Positions 9,430-21,766 of a DNA stretch of 64,000 nt are shown in pieces. The position numbers and the translations under genes were made by a program. The stretch is from an uncultured Chthonomonadaceae bacterium (GTDB lineage: Bacteria > Armatimonadota > Chthonomonadetes > Chthonomonadales > Chthonomonadaceae), in the NCBI GenBank assembly GCA_963817895.1, contig CAWFQB010000001.1:1440001-1504000 (forward strand), in the 5' to 3' direction. Within the stretch, counting starts at the first letter, position 1; every line of letters begins with the position of its first letter. The notes under the pieces are model-generated. The model worked only from the letters and a program-made list of their open reading frames with translations. It was not told where the DNA came from and did not search any database.

Positions 9430-10543
9430 ATGCGCCAACATAATGATCCCGATGTGCTTTCGCAGGCGATTGCCGAGCCGTCCCGCCGCGCCCTGCTGGA
9501 GAATTTGCGCTTTGGAGCAAAGACCGTGACGCAACTGGTGGACGCCACCGCGCTCAAGCAGCCCAACGTCTCGAACCATCTGGCGAAAATGAAGCAGCAG
9601 GGTATTGTACGGTCGGAACGCATCGGGCGTCAAGTGATACTACTCGCTTTCCACGCCTTTCGCGGACGTGCTGATGCGGATGCACGAGTTTGCGGCCAAT
9701 TCCACGCTGCCACCCTCTGCGGTTGTTCCCGCTTCTGCCGGGGATAATCATTCTTCCATGCAGAACGGGCGCGATCCCACTGGCTTGCCCTCCGACAATC
9801 CTGCGGAACATCAAAATCGTGATGCAAGCCATGGCGCGGCCACCCATAAGACACGGCAGGCTTCTCTTGACGCAACCTTGACGCAAAGCCGGGAAGCGTA
9901 TTTTACCGCTGTGATGGCGGGAGATGAGGAGCAGGTCGTCACGCTGATCAATTCGCTGGTGGCGCAGCGCCTGCCGATAGAGACTATTTACCTGGAAGTG
10001 TTCGCCAAAAGCATAAACCACATTGGCGATTTGTACCGGCAGGGCGTCACGGACGAGGCGCATGAACACATGGCTTCGGCTATTACGGAGCGCATCATGG
10101 CGCGCGTGACGCAGTTTTATATGCCGGTCGCGCGAGTCTCCTACCGGGCGGTGCTGGGCTGCGTGGCCGACAACTGGCATACGCTCGGCCTGCGCATGTT
10201 GGCGGACGGATTGAAGACACTGGGGTGGGAAACCCTTTTTCTGGGCGCGAACGTGCCGACCGCCAGTTTTATCGCGATGGCGCAGGGGATACGGCCCGAT
10301 CTCGTGATTGTCTCCTGCGCCATGAAGGAGCAGAGGGAAACGGCGCGCGAACTGCTGAACGGGCTGGATGCGGCGCGGCAACAAATGGACTCGCCGCCAT
10401 TTCAAATCGCTGCCGGCGGACACTACTTTCTGGAGTCTGACGCGGAAGTATCCGATTTGCCTGTAGATTTTACGGCTGCGGACCTGCGCCAGTTTTTACA
10501 GGCGGTGCAGGCGCGTTTCACCGATGTTGAAAAGCGTTTTTGA
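9430..10543 (+). CDS. ArsR-family HTH fused to a CarH/LitR-type cobalamin-binding module (one-base frameshift near 9637)
   Basis: AIAEPSRRALL...QPNVSNHL is an ArsR HTH; removing one A at ~9637 gives QVYYSLSTPFADVLM in frame with ORF 9668-10543, which carries Y-x9-EH and NWHTLG...FLGANVP. Confidence 0.85.
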
Positions 10544-10613
10544 ACTCTTCCACCCTCATGTTGTCTAGTTAGAGCAGACAGAAAAAATATTTTGTAAAAT
10601 TTCACAAAAACCC

Positions 10614-10642
10614 TTGTCAAATCTGGCTGACAGTGTTATAAT
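10614..10642 (+). promoter_or_regulatory. Strong sigma70 promoter with an AT-rich UP element
   Basis: TTGTCA-N17-TATAAT with an extended TG, preceded by A/T tracts at 10582-10610. Confidence 0.75.
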
Positions 10643-10648
10643 ATCCCT

Positions 10649-10850
10649 GTACAAAGCGACAGGGGAACAATCTACTTCGATCCTGTTGTTTTTGCAGACT
10701 TTTCAAGACGTGCTATTCCGACGCGGGGGGCGTCCGGTGTAGCCGAAGCCTTTGCAAAAGCAGGAACAGGTTAGGGAGACTGCCTGCGGATGTGAAGGAG
10801 AATACGGGCGAGACGACTTCTGGGGGGAATGTCGTCTCGCCCTTCATTCG
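10649..10850 (+). ncRNA. Candidate stand-alone structured ncRNA (possibly 6S RNA)
   Basis: About 200 nt without a credible ORF between a near-consensus promoter and a 12-bp hairpin; folds as a long imperfect rod (CCTGTT/AACAGG, GTTTTTGCAG/TTGCAAAAGC, GCTA/TAGC, GACGC/GCGTC). Confidence 0.5.
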
Positions 10851-10853
10851 TTT
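10806..10853 (+). terminator. Putative intrinsic terminator
   Basis: GGGCGAGACGAC / GTCGTCTCGCCC perfect 12-bp stem followed by TTCATTCGTTT. Confidence 0.6.
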
Positions 10854-10938
10854 GGCTATTATATATTCGCGTTCGCTTTGTTCCTCAACCCTTAACTCAC
10901 AATTCTCAACCCTCAACCTTTTTGGGTACAATGGAGTT

Positions 10939-13739
10939 ATGAACAGAAGGTACCAATCTTTGTCTTTGCTTGCGGGCTTTCCGCTGGCCTGTGCCGCTTC
11001 CTGCGCAATGGCGCAATCCTCCGCTTTGCCGCAGGCAGAAAAGCCGGTGGGCAAGCCGTTGCCGCATCGCGTGTTCGCTTCCAGCCGTATCAATATAGAT
11101 AAGGTTCTCGCCCGCCCGTATGATTCGGAAGTGCCGTTCGGCGCGTCCGGGGAAGTTGTGTGGGCCACCAGTCCGCAGGGATGGGCGTTTCGGGATGGCG
11201 TTCACCTGCTGTACATCAGCGACAAAGATACTGCCGGACTATTCGACCTGACCATACGCGGCGGCGACAACAATTATGTCGTGGACAAAGCCGAGTACAC
11301 GCCGAGCCATGTTCACCTTACCGGCGCGCCCGGCAGCCTTCTGACCGCCTCCGCCTCGTTCACCCACCATCACCGACAAAGTGGACAATCCACTTTCCAA
11401 ACCCTTCACGCCGGAAAAACGCTGGACATGCTGGAACAGCAAACACCGAACCGATACTTACACGGTTGACTTCGGCAAACCGCGCGCCCTTACCGGCATT
11501 GACCTGTACTTTTTCTCCGATGTAGAGCAGGGCGGCGGATGCGCGCGCCCTGCCGGCGTCGAAGTGGAATTATGGCGCGACAACGCCTGGCAAAAACTCG
11601 TTTACACGCTTCCGCGCAGTGGCATGCCCTGGGATCACCCTGGCGTCACACATTTCAATTTTTACGGTGGCCCGCATACGGGCGAACGCATCCGCTTCAC
11701 CTTTCAGAATCGCGGAACCAATCTGTATACGGGGTTATATGGCGTGGAACCGGCGTTTGCAAAGGGAAAAGGGAAAAGGGAGAGAAGATACGGATACGAG
11801 ATACGAGATACGAGAAGGAGAGGATTCATCCTTCATCCTTCATCCTTCATCCTTATCCATCGTTGCTGACAAATGGATTACGGACGACGATGTTCTGGTA
11901 ACGCGGCTGACGGCTCGTAATTCAGACGCGTGTCGCGCAGCCCTTTTCTGTCCGGATGGATTCGCCTCTGAGTGGAACGCTGCGGGGGTTTGCCGATCAG
12001 CGCGACATGATGGGGCTATCCGCTGTTTCTGGCGGCATGCGGGAACGGATGGCAAAACGCGGGACACGCGCTTTGTGACCGACATCGGGCCGGGAGAAAC
12101 CCACGCTTATACGTTTGCCTGCGGCGTGGGGCATACACAGGCAGAACCGACCAAAAGTTAAAAGCCGCGCTTGCCCTTTCCGACCCGCTTGAAAGCGCAG
12201 CAGGCGGCGTATCAGAATTGGTTCGACGCCAATACCGCCCATTTCGCCTGCTCCGACCCCCTCGTATCCAAAATGTACGCCCATCGCTGGTACAACGTCA
12301 AAAAGAACAGCATGAACCCGCGAATGGGACGGCTGACGCATCGCGCGTTTGCCGAAGGGCGGTGGACATCGGACTGGTACGCCAACATTATCTCATACGG
12401 CGCGGGGCATCAGATTGACGAGGCGCGCTGGCTGCGCGATCCCTCCTACGCCTGGGGGCCGGTTCAGACGTGGACCGAAAACCCGCGCCCGGACGGCGTT
12501 TTTCCGTCCCACATTTCGCCCAAAGGACAGGAGGGCGGGCAGTATACGGACTGGATAGGTTCGACCGCATGGGACGCGTATCTGGTTCACCCGGATAAAA
12601 CGCTGTTGAGCGCGGTTGCCGACCCGGTTGCCCGCAACGCCGAAGCCTGGCGCAAAGTCTATGGCTGCGAACGACAGCCCCCTGCTTGTGGTGGACAGCC
12701 ACTGGTGGACGGGCATGGAGTGGCAGCCGAGTTTCTTCGCGTTTGCGGATTATAAAACGGGCGGCGGAGGGGGCGAAGACCGCAAGTACATGACGCCACT
12801 GCGCCGCGTGGATTTGACCGCTTACAATTATGCCAACGCGCGGAACGCCGCCCATATTTACCGCGAACTGAACCGGACGCGGGACGCGCTGCGACTGCAA
12901 ACACTGGCCGACACGACGCGCGACGCATTGCTGACGCAGATGTGGGACCCGCAAACCCACTGGTTCCACTCCCTGCGGGCAAGCGACAATGCTCCTGCGC
13001 CCACAAAAGAGATCATCGGCCTGTACCCGTTCACGTTCGATATGCCGCACAAAGGGCAAAGGGTACGAAGCCGCGTGGAACGTCGCGCTCGATCCGAAAC
13101 AGTTCTGGACGGCCTGGCCCCTCGCCTCCGTTTCCAAAGACTGCCCCGCGTATGCGCAGAACGGCTGGCCGGTCGGGCCGGGCGGAAGCATCTGCATGTG
13201 GAACGGCCCCTCCTGGCCCCACGCGAACAGCCTGGTTATGACCGCGATGGCGAACACGCTGCGGCACTACGATACAAGCGCGCTGCCCCGGCAAAAACTG
13301 CTCGATCTGTTCCTCTCGTTTACCCGCGTTCAGTACAAAGGCCAGAATGTAATGTATCCCTGGACGGGCGAGTTTTACAATGGCGATACGGGCGAGTGGA
13401 AAACCACTCAGCGCGATTACAACCATTCGACGTGGATAGACCCGCTGATTCGGCATCTGCTCGGACTGGTTCCGCGCAATGACGACATTCTGGAAATTGA
13501 TCCCCTGTTGCCTCCGGGCGCGTGGCCGTACTATGTGCTGGACGGGCAGGCATACCGGGGACACGACATCACGCTGGCCTGGGATACACAGGGCGGACAT
13601 ATTGCGCCCGGCTTTACAGGCTACGGGGTGTATCTGGACGGCAAAGAAATCTATCACAATTCGCAGCCGACGCATGTACTTTACGATATGGCGCGGGACA
13701 GGCGGATTCGCGCGTTCCACAACGGGGCAGGGGCAATGA
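10939..13739 (+). CDS. Secreted glycoside hydrolase, (alpha/alpha)6 GH63/MGH1-like, with a discoidin-like domain; split by several indels
   Basis: Signal peptide; consecutive fragments 10939-11469, 11381-11869, 11619-12161, 12171-12755, 12616-13060 and 12989-13739 with WWTGMEWQ, VDLTAY, WNGPSWP, GEFY, DYNHST, YRGHDITL; the TGA at 13737-13739 overlaps the rimI ATG. Confidence 0.75.
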
Positions 13740-14332
13740 CGATTCCCGGCGAACCGGCACAAACGGTTTCCATTGAGCCGATGCGCCATACGGATATGGA
13801 AACTGTCGCGCGAATTGACCGGCGCTGCTTCCCCTCCCCCTGGCTGCCCACGTCCTACCTGACCGAGCTTTCCAACCGGGCGGCCTGCTATCTGGTGGCG
13901 CGGATGGGGAATGAAGTGGTCGCGTATGCGGGCGAGTGGGTATTGGTCAAGGAGGCGCACATCACCACGCTGGCGGTAGACCCCGCGCATCAGGGACGCA
14001 GAATCGGCGAACGCCTGCTGATCGCGATGCTGGAAGAGGCGATACTGCGGGGCGCGTCCCATGTCACGCTGGAAGTGCGCGAAGGCAACCGGGCGGCGCA
14101 GCGCCTGTACTGCAAATACGGTTTTCGCAACGTCGCGATCCGCAAAAACTACTATACCGACAACGGCGAAAACGCCCTCGTGATGTGGGCCGAAGAGATC
14201 AACACCAACGATTACGCCCTGCGCCTGCGCCAACAGCGCGAACAGGTGTATGAAGCCTGCCCGCGCTGTGCCGATAATTTCCCCGCGCTTCCCACAGTTT
14301 GTCAATACAGGGGTATAATTAGAGCGTCATAG
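13736..14332 (+). CDS. rimI: Ribosomal protein S18 alanine N-acetyltransferase RimI
   Basis: EAHITTLAV, QGRRIG, VTLEVREGNRAAQRLYCKYGF...RKNYYTDNGENALVMW. Confidence 0.9.
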   Translation: MTIPGEPAQTVSIEPMRHTDMETVARIDRRCFPSPWLPTSYLTELSNRAACYLVARMGNEVVAYAGEWVLVKEAHITTLAVDPAHQGRRIGERLLIAMLEEAILRGASHVTLEVREGNRAAQRLYCKYGFRNVAIRKNYYTDNGENALVMWAEEINTNDYALRLRQQREQVYEACPRCADNFPALPTVCQYRGIIRAS

Positions 14333-14408
14333 TGTACGGGCATTGAGCAGAAGCGTTGTGATAAACGTTTTAATACTTAATGCTGAACGCTTTCTAAAGT
14401 TATACCCG

Positions 14409-17154
<2,746 letters not shown>

Positions 17155-17158
<4 letters not shown>

Positions 17159-17180
17159 CATACTACCGATAATATGTCAA
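17155..17180. promoter_or_regulatory. Palindromic operator-like site overlapping a TTGACA box
   Basis: TTGACATA-N10-TATGTCAA. Confidence 0.5.
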
Positions 17181-17265
17181 GATAAATATACACGCTTGCT
17201 TCGCGATTTGATTTGTGCAGTCCTAAACGAGTTTGCGCTTGCTGATGTTCAAGGAGGACATAACT

Positions 17266-18021
17266 GTGAGCAATTCTGATATACCTGATGTAGAAGAAGA
17301 CACTGGAGAACCCTCAATAGAGGACCCGGGTATCTTCGATCCCATTTGTAAGCCCATAGGTTTTGCTTTTTCACCAATCATGGATACGGCGGAAGCAGCC
17401 GTCAGGAACGCTGTGGGCCAGCAAGTAATTACTGACCAGACTCTCATCGGCCTGGTATCTCTTGCCGGTAAAGCTGTTGTTGATTGTCCCATCAAGATCA
17501 CCAGCACCGACAAAACCGTTATTCTGCCGCAGCCAACGGTTACCATTCCATGGGGATATACAACGGCGCGCGTTTACGCTATTTACCGCTCAACGACTCC
17601 CACTCCCTTGACAGCCATAAATATCAATGCGGAAAACGAATATGGACGCCTGACCGCGAAAATTGTGCTGCCCGTAGACCACCTTCGCGCGCCCGGTATT
17701 TTGGCAATAGATAGCAGGCAAGTGAGGGAAATCTCTTTTCCTCCTCAAATTCGAGTTGGCGCAAGCGCGACAGGACATGTAAAAATAGATGCGCCTGCGC
17801 CCCTGAATGGAACAGTCGTCAAGTTGATTGTCAACGACGACGACGCCACCTCCATCCAATTGCCGCCGGGAGGAATTGTCACCGTTCCTCATAACTGCGA
17901 TACTGCCGATGTACCCATTACCATCCTGTCCGTTCCGCCTTCTGAGCCACTGATTGTGGACGCGCGCACTCTAGACCATGAAGACAGCGTGCCGTCCAAC
18001 CCCATCATGGTATATCCGTAA
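17266..18021 (+). CDS. Hypothetical protein with two beta-rich (Ig-like) repeats
   Basis: RBS AAGGAGG before GTG 17266; two similar segments (GLVSL...PTVTIPWGYTTA and GHVKIDAPAPLNG...VTVPHNCDTA); no signal peptide. Confidence 0.7.
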   Translation: MSNSDIPDVEEDTGEPSIEDPGIFDPICKPIGFAFSPIMDTAEAAVRNAVGQQVITDQTLIGLVSLAGKAVVDCPIKITSTDKTVILPQPTVTIPWGYTTARVYAIYRSTTPTPLTAININAENEYGRLTAKIVLPVDHLRAPGILAIDSRQVREISFPPQIRVGASATGHVKIDAPAPLNGTVVKLIVNDDDATSIQLPPGGIVTVPHNCDTADVPITILSVPPSEPLIVDARTLDHEDSVPSNPIMVYP

Positions 18022-18031
18022 GGCTGGCTTA

Positions 18032-18080
18032 CCTCACCCCACCCCCTCTCCTAGTCGCGCAACGCGCTAGGAGAGGGGCT
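18032..18080 (+). repeat. REP-like palindromic repeat (CCTCACCCC...CCCTCTCC...GGAGAGGGGCT), copy 1
   Basis: Same motif recurs at 43802, 50887, 59634 and 60942; here it is followed by a T-run and could act as a terminator. Confidence 0.8.
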
Positions 18081-18210
18081 TTTTGTTTATCCACTATCCT
18101 GACCGCCTATTCATCTGAACATGTTCAAGCACAGCAAACGTGTTTCCTTGCGTCAGGGAGGGCTTTTATGTGTGGTAATGGAACAAAATAGTTCCGTGCT
18201 ATAATAGGGT

Positions 18211-19224
18211 ATGAACGTACTTGGAGTGGAAACCAGTTGTGATGAGACTTCGGCGGCCATTGTAACCGATGGCCGCCGGGTTTGCGCCAATATCATCGCG
18301 AGTCAGGCCGATTTACACGCGCGATATGGCGGCGTCGTGCCGGAAGTGGCGTCGCGCAAGCATGTGGAGCGGATGCTGCCCGTCGCGCAGGAGGCTCTGG
18401 ACGCGGCGGGCATGACGTATGCCGACATTGATGCGCTTGCCGTGACCAATCGCCCCGGACTGCTCGGCGCGCTGCTTGTCGGCGTGTCGTTTGTGAAAGC
18501 GCTGAGTTACGCCCGCAACATTCCGCTTGTCGGCGTTCACCATCTGGAGGGACACGTTTATTCCAACTTCCTCGCCGCCCCCGATCTGATTGACTCGCCC
18601 GACGCCTTTCCCCTGCTTGTGCTGATCGTATCCGGCGGGCATACGCAGATTGTCCGCATGGATGGACACGGACAATACGCCCTGCTTGGCGCGACGCGCG
18701 ACGATGCCGCCGGGGAAGCCTTCGACAAGGGGGCCAGACTGCTCGGCCTGCCTTATCCGGGCGGCCCCAACATTGCCCGCCTTGCCGAAGAGGGCGACCC
18801 GAAGCGAATCGCGTTTCCCCGCTCGTGGATGGGCGACAGTCTGGATTTCAGTTTCAGCGGCGTGAAAACCGCCCTGCGCTCGTTTGTCGCCAAAGATGCG
18901 GGCCAAACGGCTTTGCCCGATGTCGCGGCCAGTTATCAGGCGGCGATTGTGGATGTTCTGGTGGAGAAAATGCGGCGGGCGGCACGGCGAACGGGCGTTC
19001 ATACCCTTTGCGTGGCGGGCGGCGTGGCGGCGAACCGGAGCTTGCAGGCAGGATTGCAGGCGATGGCGGAGGGGGAAGGCTTGCGTCTGGTCGCGCCCGA
19101 ACCCGTCCTTTGCACCGACAACGCGGCCATGATCGCGGCGGCGGGCTATTTCCGCATCACGCGACACGGCCCGGACACCCTCGCGCTGGACACGTATGCC
19201 TCCGAAGCGCTTACGGGAAGGTAG
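18211..19224 (+). CDS. tsaD: tRNA N6-threonylcarbamoyladenosine synthase TsaD
   Basis: LGVETSCDETS, GGVVPEVASRKH, HHLEGH, SGGHT, DDAAGEAFDK, CTDNAAMIA. Confidence 0.97.
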   Translation: MNVLGVETSCDETSAAIVTDGRRVCANIIASQADLHARYGGVVPEVASRKHVERMLPVAQEALDAAGMTYADIDALAVTNRPGLLGALLVGVSFVKALSYARNIPLVGVHHLEGHVYSNFLAAPDLIDSPDAFPLLVLIVSGGHTQIVRMDGHGQYALLGATRDDAAGEAFDKGARLLGLPYPGGPNIARLAEEGDPKRIAFPRSWMGDSLDFSFSGVKTALRSFVAKDAGQTALPDVAASYQAAIVDVLVEKMRRAARRTGVHTLCVAGGVAANRSLQAGLQAMAEGEGLRLVAPEPVLCTDNAAMIAAAGYFRITRHGPDTLALDTYASEALTGR

Positions 19225-19250
19225 ATGGGTAGATGGGTAGCCGTACTATG

Positions 19251-19607
19251 CTACTGTGACGCTAACATGGCTTTCATGTAAGCATCCAACATTCGGCTGA
19301 CGCTGTTGAGAGACTCGTGCAATGTTTGCGTGTCGCCGTAGCCCAGATCACGCGAAAGTATCAGATAGTAGCGACACTCTTCCAATGAACCCTGAGCGAT
19401 GTTGTAAAAACGCGCTTTATCGGCTTTGCCAGCGCGCTTGAAGTCTTCGGCAATGTTGGCCGGTATGGAAACGGCGGCGCGGCGCAGTTGAGAGGTGAGG
19501 CCGTACAACTCGTGTTTAGGAAAGTCTGCTGTGAGAGTATACACTTGAAGAACGCAGGAGTGTGCCAGTTGCCATACTTCCAGACGCTCAAAAGTCGCTG
19601 ATGCCAT
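19251..19607 (-). CDS. Four-helix-bundle protein (23S rRNA IVP / bAvd-like family)
   Basis: FERLEVWQ, FPKHELYGLTSQLRRAAVSIPANIAE, IAQGSLEE; flanked by inverted 8-mer tandem repeats. Confidence 0.93.
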   Translation of the reverse strand: MASATFERLEVWQLAHSCVLQVYTLTADFPKHELYGLTSQLRRAAVSIPANIAEDFKRAGKADKARFYNIAQGSLEECRYYLILSRDLGYGDTQTLHESLNSVSRMLDAYMKAMLASQ

Positions 19608-19642
19608 AGTTCCTCCTGCTACCTATCTACCCACCTACCTAT

Positions 19643-20032
19643 CTACCTTGCCAGGATTTCGCGGATACGCTCGGCAAGGACGCTCATGCGGAAGGGTTTG
19701 CGGATGATTTCCACGACGTTGGGCGTCAGTCCCAAATCTTCCGCGTCCAGGTCGTGTCCGGTGGCGATCAGGACGGGAACATCGGGCAGACGGGCGTGGA
19801 ATTCGCGGGCGACCGTCACGCCGTTCATTCCCGCCATAGACATGTCGGTGATAATCAGGTCAATGCGCAGGCCGAGTTCGGCGGCAAGCAAATCCAGCGC
19901 CTCCTGCCCGCTGTGCGCCACATGTACCTGAAATCGGCGATTGGTCATGGCCTGCTGAAACAGGTCTGTAATCATGGGTTCGTCATCAATAATCAGCAGG
20001 GTTGGGGTCTCGGTCGGCGGCTGAGTGTCCAT
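19643..20032 (-). CDS. Single-domain response regulator (CheY-like)
   Basis: IIDDE, DLIITDMSM...MNG, KPF. Confidence 0.9.
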   Translation of the reverse strand: MDTQPPTETPTLLIIDDEPMITDLFQQAMTNRRFQVHVAHSGQEALDLLAAELGLRIDLIITDMSMAGMNGVTVAREFHARLPDVPVLIATGHDLDAEDLGLTPNVVEIIRKPFRMSVLAERIREILAR

Positions 20033-20313
20033 GCGTTTCTCCCGAACTGCAAGCGTTGCGTCAAAGGTGACGCCGGATGGAGTGAGGCTGCGCCCGCAAC
20101 AATGTTATTTGCGCGTCAGGGGCGGGTGGCACAAGATCGCATCGTAGAATCTACATCGGGGTACATTCAGCCTGCATTTCGCGCTTGTGCCGGAAAATTC
20201 CTGCGCGTCAGCAAAATATTCTGAAGTTGCGATAATTAGCCCTGTACGACAAACGCGCCCTCGCCTGTAAAGGTAAGGACGCGGAGCATCAGGTACGGTG
20301 CAAAAGCCGTATT

Positions 20314-20634
20314 CTACAAAATTTCTATTGGATAGGTGGTCATCCAAATGTCAATTTGCTGGAACCGGGCTTTCACACGTTCCTTAAACATCAGGAAGAA
20401 TTGGCGGCTTTCAGGAACGTCCGAAGTGTCTACGAACACTCGAATCAGTTCATCGCGGAAGAGTTCATCCTCGTGACGCCACAGGCCGCGAATGATTTGG
20501 GTTTCGGATGAGACAGCGCCGAAGCGTTCTTCCAATTCGAGCAGGGTTTCAGCAATCAACTCGTTCGGCACGGGCTGCCCGTCGTTAAACCTTCGCGGCA
20601 GGAGGAGTTCGTACCGCCGAAATGAGGCGTTCAT
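20314..20634 (-). CDS. Small conserved hypothetical protein, second gene of an overlapping pair
   Basis: RRYELLLPRRFNDGQPVP...FGAVS...GLW...FQQIDIW; overlaps the upstream small ORF. Confidence 0.75.
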   Translation of the reverse strand: MNASFRRYELLLPRRFNDGQPVPNELIAETLLELEERFGAVSSETQIIRGLWRHEDELFRDELIRVFVDTSDVPESRQFFLMFKERVKARFQQIDIWMTTYPIEIL

Positions 20635-20806
20635 AGGTAGCCTGCCCCTCAACGGAGAAAGGAATGTTCTCCGTCGCTAAATACGCCAATGCTGTTTCCG
20701 GCACTGCCATTTCCCCGTTTGCCCAACTTTTGAATGAGAAACGGCCCGCCAAAAAGCCCAGAGCGCGACGCTTAGAGTCGGCGTCGGGAAAGCGAATAAG
20801 TATCAT
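20585..20806 (-). CDS. Small hypothetical protein, first gene of an overlapping pair
   Basis: RBS GAGGA before ATG 20806; 73 aa. Confidence 0.65.
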   Translation of the reverse strand: MILIRFPDADSKRRALGFLAGRFSFKSWANGEMAVPETALAYLATENIPFSVEGQATYERLISAVRTPPAAKV

Positions 20807-20953
20807 CAGTATATCCTCTACAGGCTCAAAAGAACAATGGGCGCGACACAAGACAATAAACAAATGCGCAGGGTGACAGCCTTTTCCGTTAGTTTTCTTC
20901 TCTTATATTATACCCGATGGCAAACGCCTGAAACGGCAGCCATATAAATTAGA

Positions 20954-21685
20954 TTACGCCTTTGTTTTTAAGGAGCGAACGACTTCTGAAATAATTCGAG
21001 CGTATTCGTTGTAGTCAGGGTAAGCAGGGTGTTTTATGGACTGGATCAGCAAACTATCGGAATGTCGGTAACGATTGCGAAAGCGCAGCGGAGGAGTTAG
21101 CCGCCACATGGCGTTAAATGCGGCTAATCCCGGTTCCCCGGACACGAATATCACATGCGGGTCCAATGCGACCATCTCCACGCGTATAAAGTCAGCAGTT
21201 GTACTCGTCCCGCTTGCAGTAATGCTCTTGGCATCCTGCTTCTTGTTAGGATTTGAGGTCGGCCGGATGTTGTAGTAAGCGACCTTCTTGACAACAGATT
21301 CCAGTCCCTTCCTATCTTTGTAGGCCATTTTCAAATTGGAGGGGCTTGGAATTGCTCCGTCTACATACGCATCAATGAGAGTTCGAACAAGCGCAAACGT
21401 GTAACGAACAGTTCTCGTTCCTGTATTCCCACTATCATACATCCATTCAAGGAGACAGTCAAAGTCAACGTCAACAAAGCCGGATTTATCATATCCGTAT
21501 GATTCCATGTTGACAGCGAGTACCCGTAATGGAGCATTCCAGTAGTCGTCTGCGGCAGGAGCGTGGAACATGTGATGTTCGCAACCGATATCTTGAAGAT
21601 GTTGGCGAGTTTGCTGTTTCGAGAACGTGTAATCTTGCTTTGACATAGGAAATATAAAAGACCTAACTGCTGACTTTACCAGCAT
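20954..21685 (-). CDS. Hypothetical protein, possibly uracil-DNA glycosylase superfamily
   Basis: LRVLAVNMESYG, VAYYNI, LDPHVIFVSG and C-terminal IKHPAY resemble UDG-superfamily motifs; alternative start at 21646. Confidence 0.6.
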   Translation of the reverse strand: MLVKSAVRSFIFPMSKQDYTFSKQQTRQHLQDIGCEHHMFHAPAADDYWNAPLRVLAVNMESYGYDKSGFVDVDFDCLLEWMYDSGNTGTRTVRYTFALVRTLIDAYVDGAIPSPSNLKMAYKDRKGLESVVKKVAYYNIRPTSNPNKKQDAKSITASGTSTTADFIRVEMVALDPHVIFVSGEPGLAAFNAMWRLTPPLRFRNRYRHSDSLLIQSIKHPAYPDYNEYARIISEVVRSLKTKA

Positions 21686-21766
21686 AGAATTTTAACTTGG
21701 CACAGCCCGTCGGTTCCTGCCGGAAATTGTTCGCCTGAGTAACATGAGTAACCAAGACGAATTAAT

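Noticed and set aside
10649..10850. Cobalamin riboswitch next to the B12-binding regulator
   Set aside because: The conserved cobalamin-riboswitch elements (GGGAA...GCCCCCGC...GCCACTG) are not present.
12989..14332. Apparent glycoside hydrolase-RimI fusion protein
   Set aside because: A TGA in another frame overlaps the rimI ATG (ATGA at 13736-13739), the usual translational-coupling pattern, so one more indel explains the fusion.
19251..19607. Diversity-generating retroelement suggested by the Avd-like gene
   Set aside because: No reverse transcriptase and no template/variable repeat pair were seen. The 121-bp duplication at 29738/30808 is far away, and its differences look like codon-level divergence of a gene 3' end.
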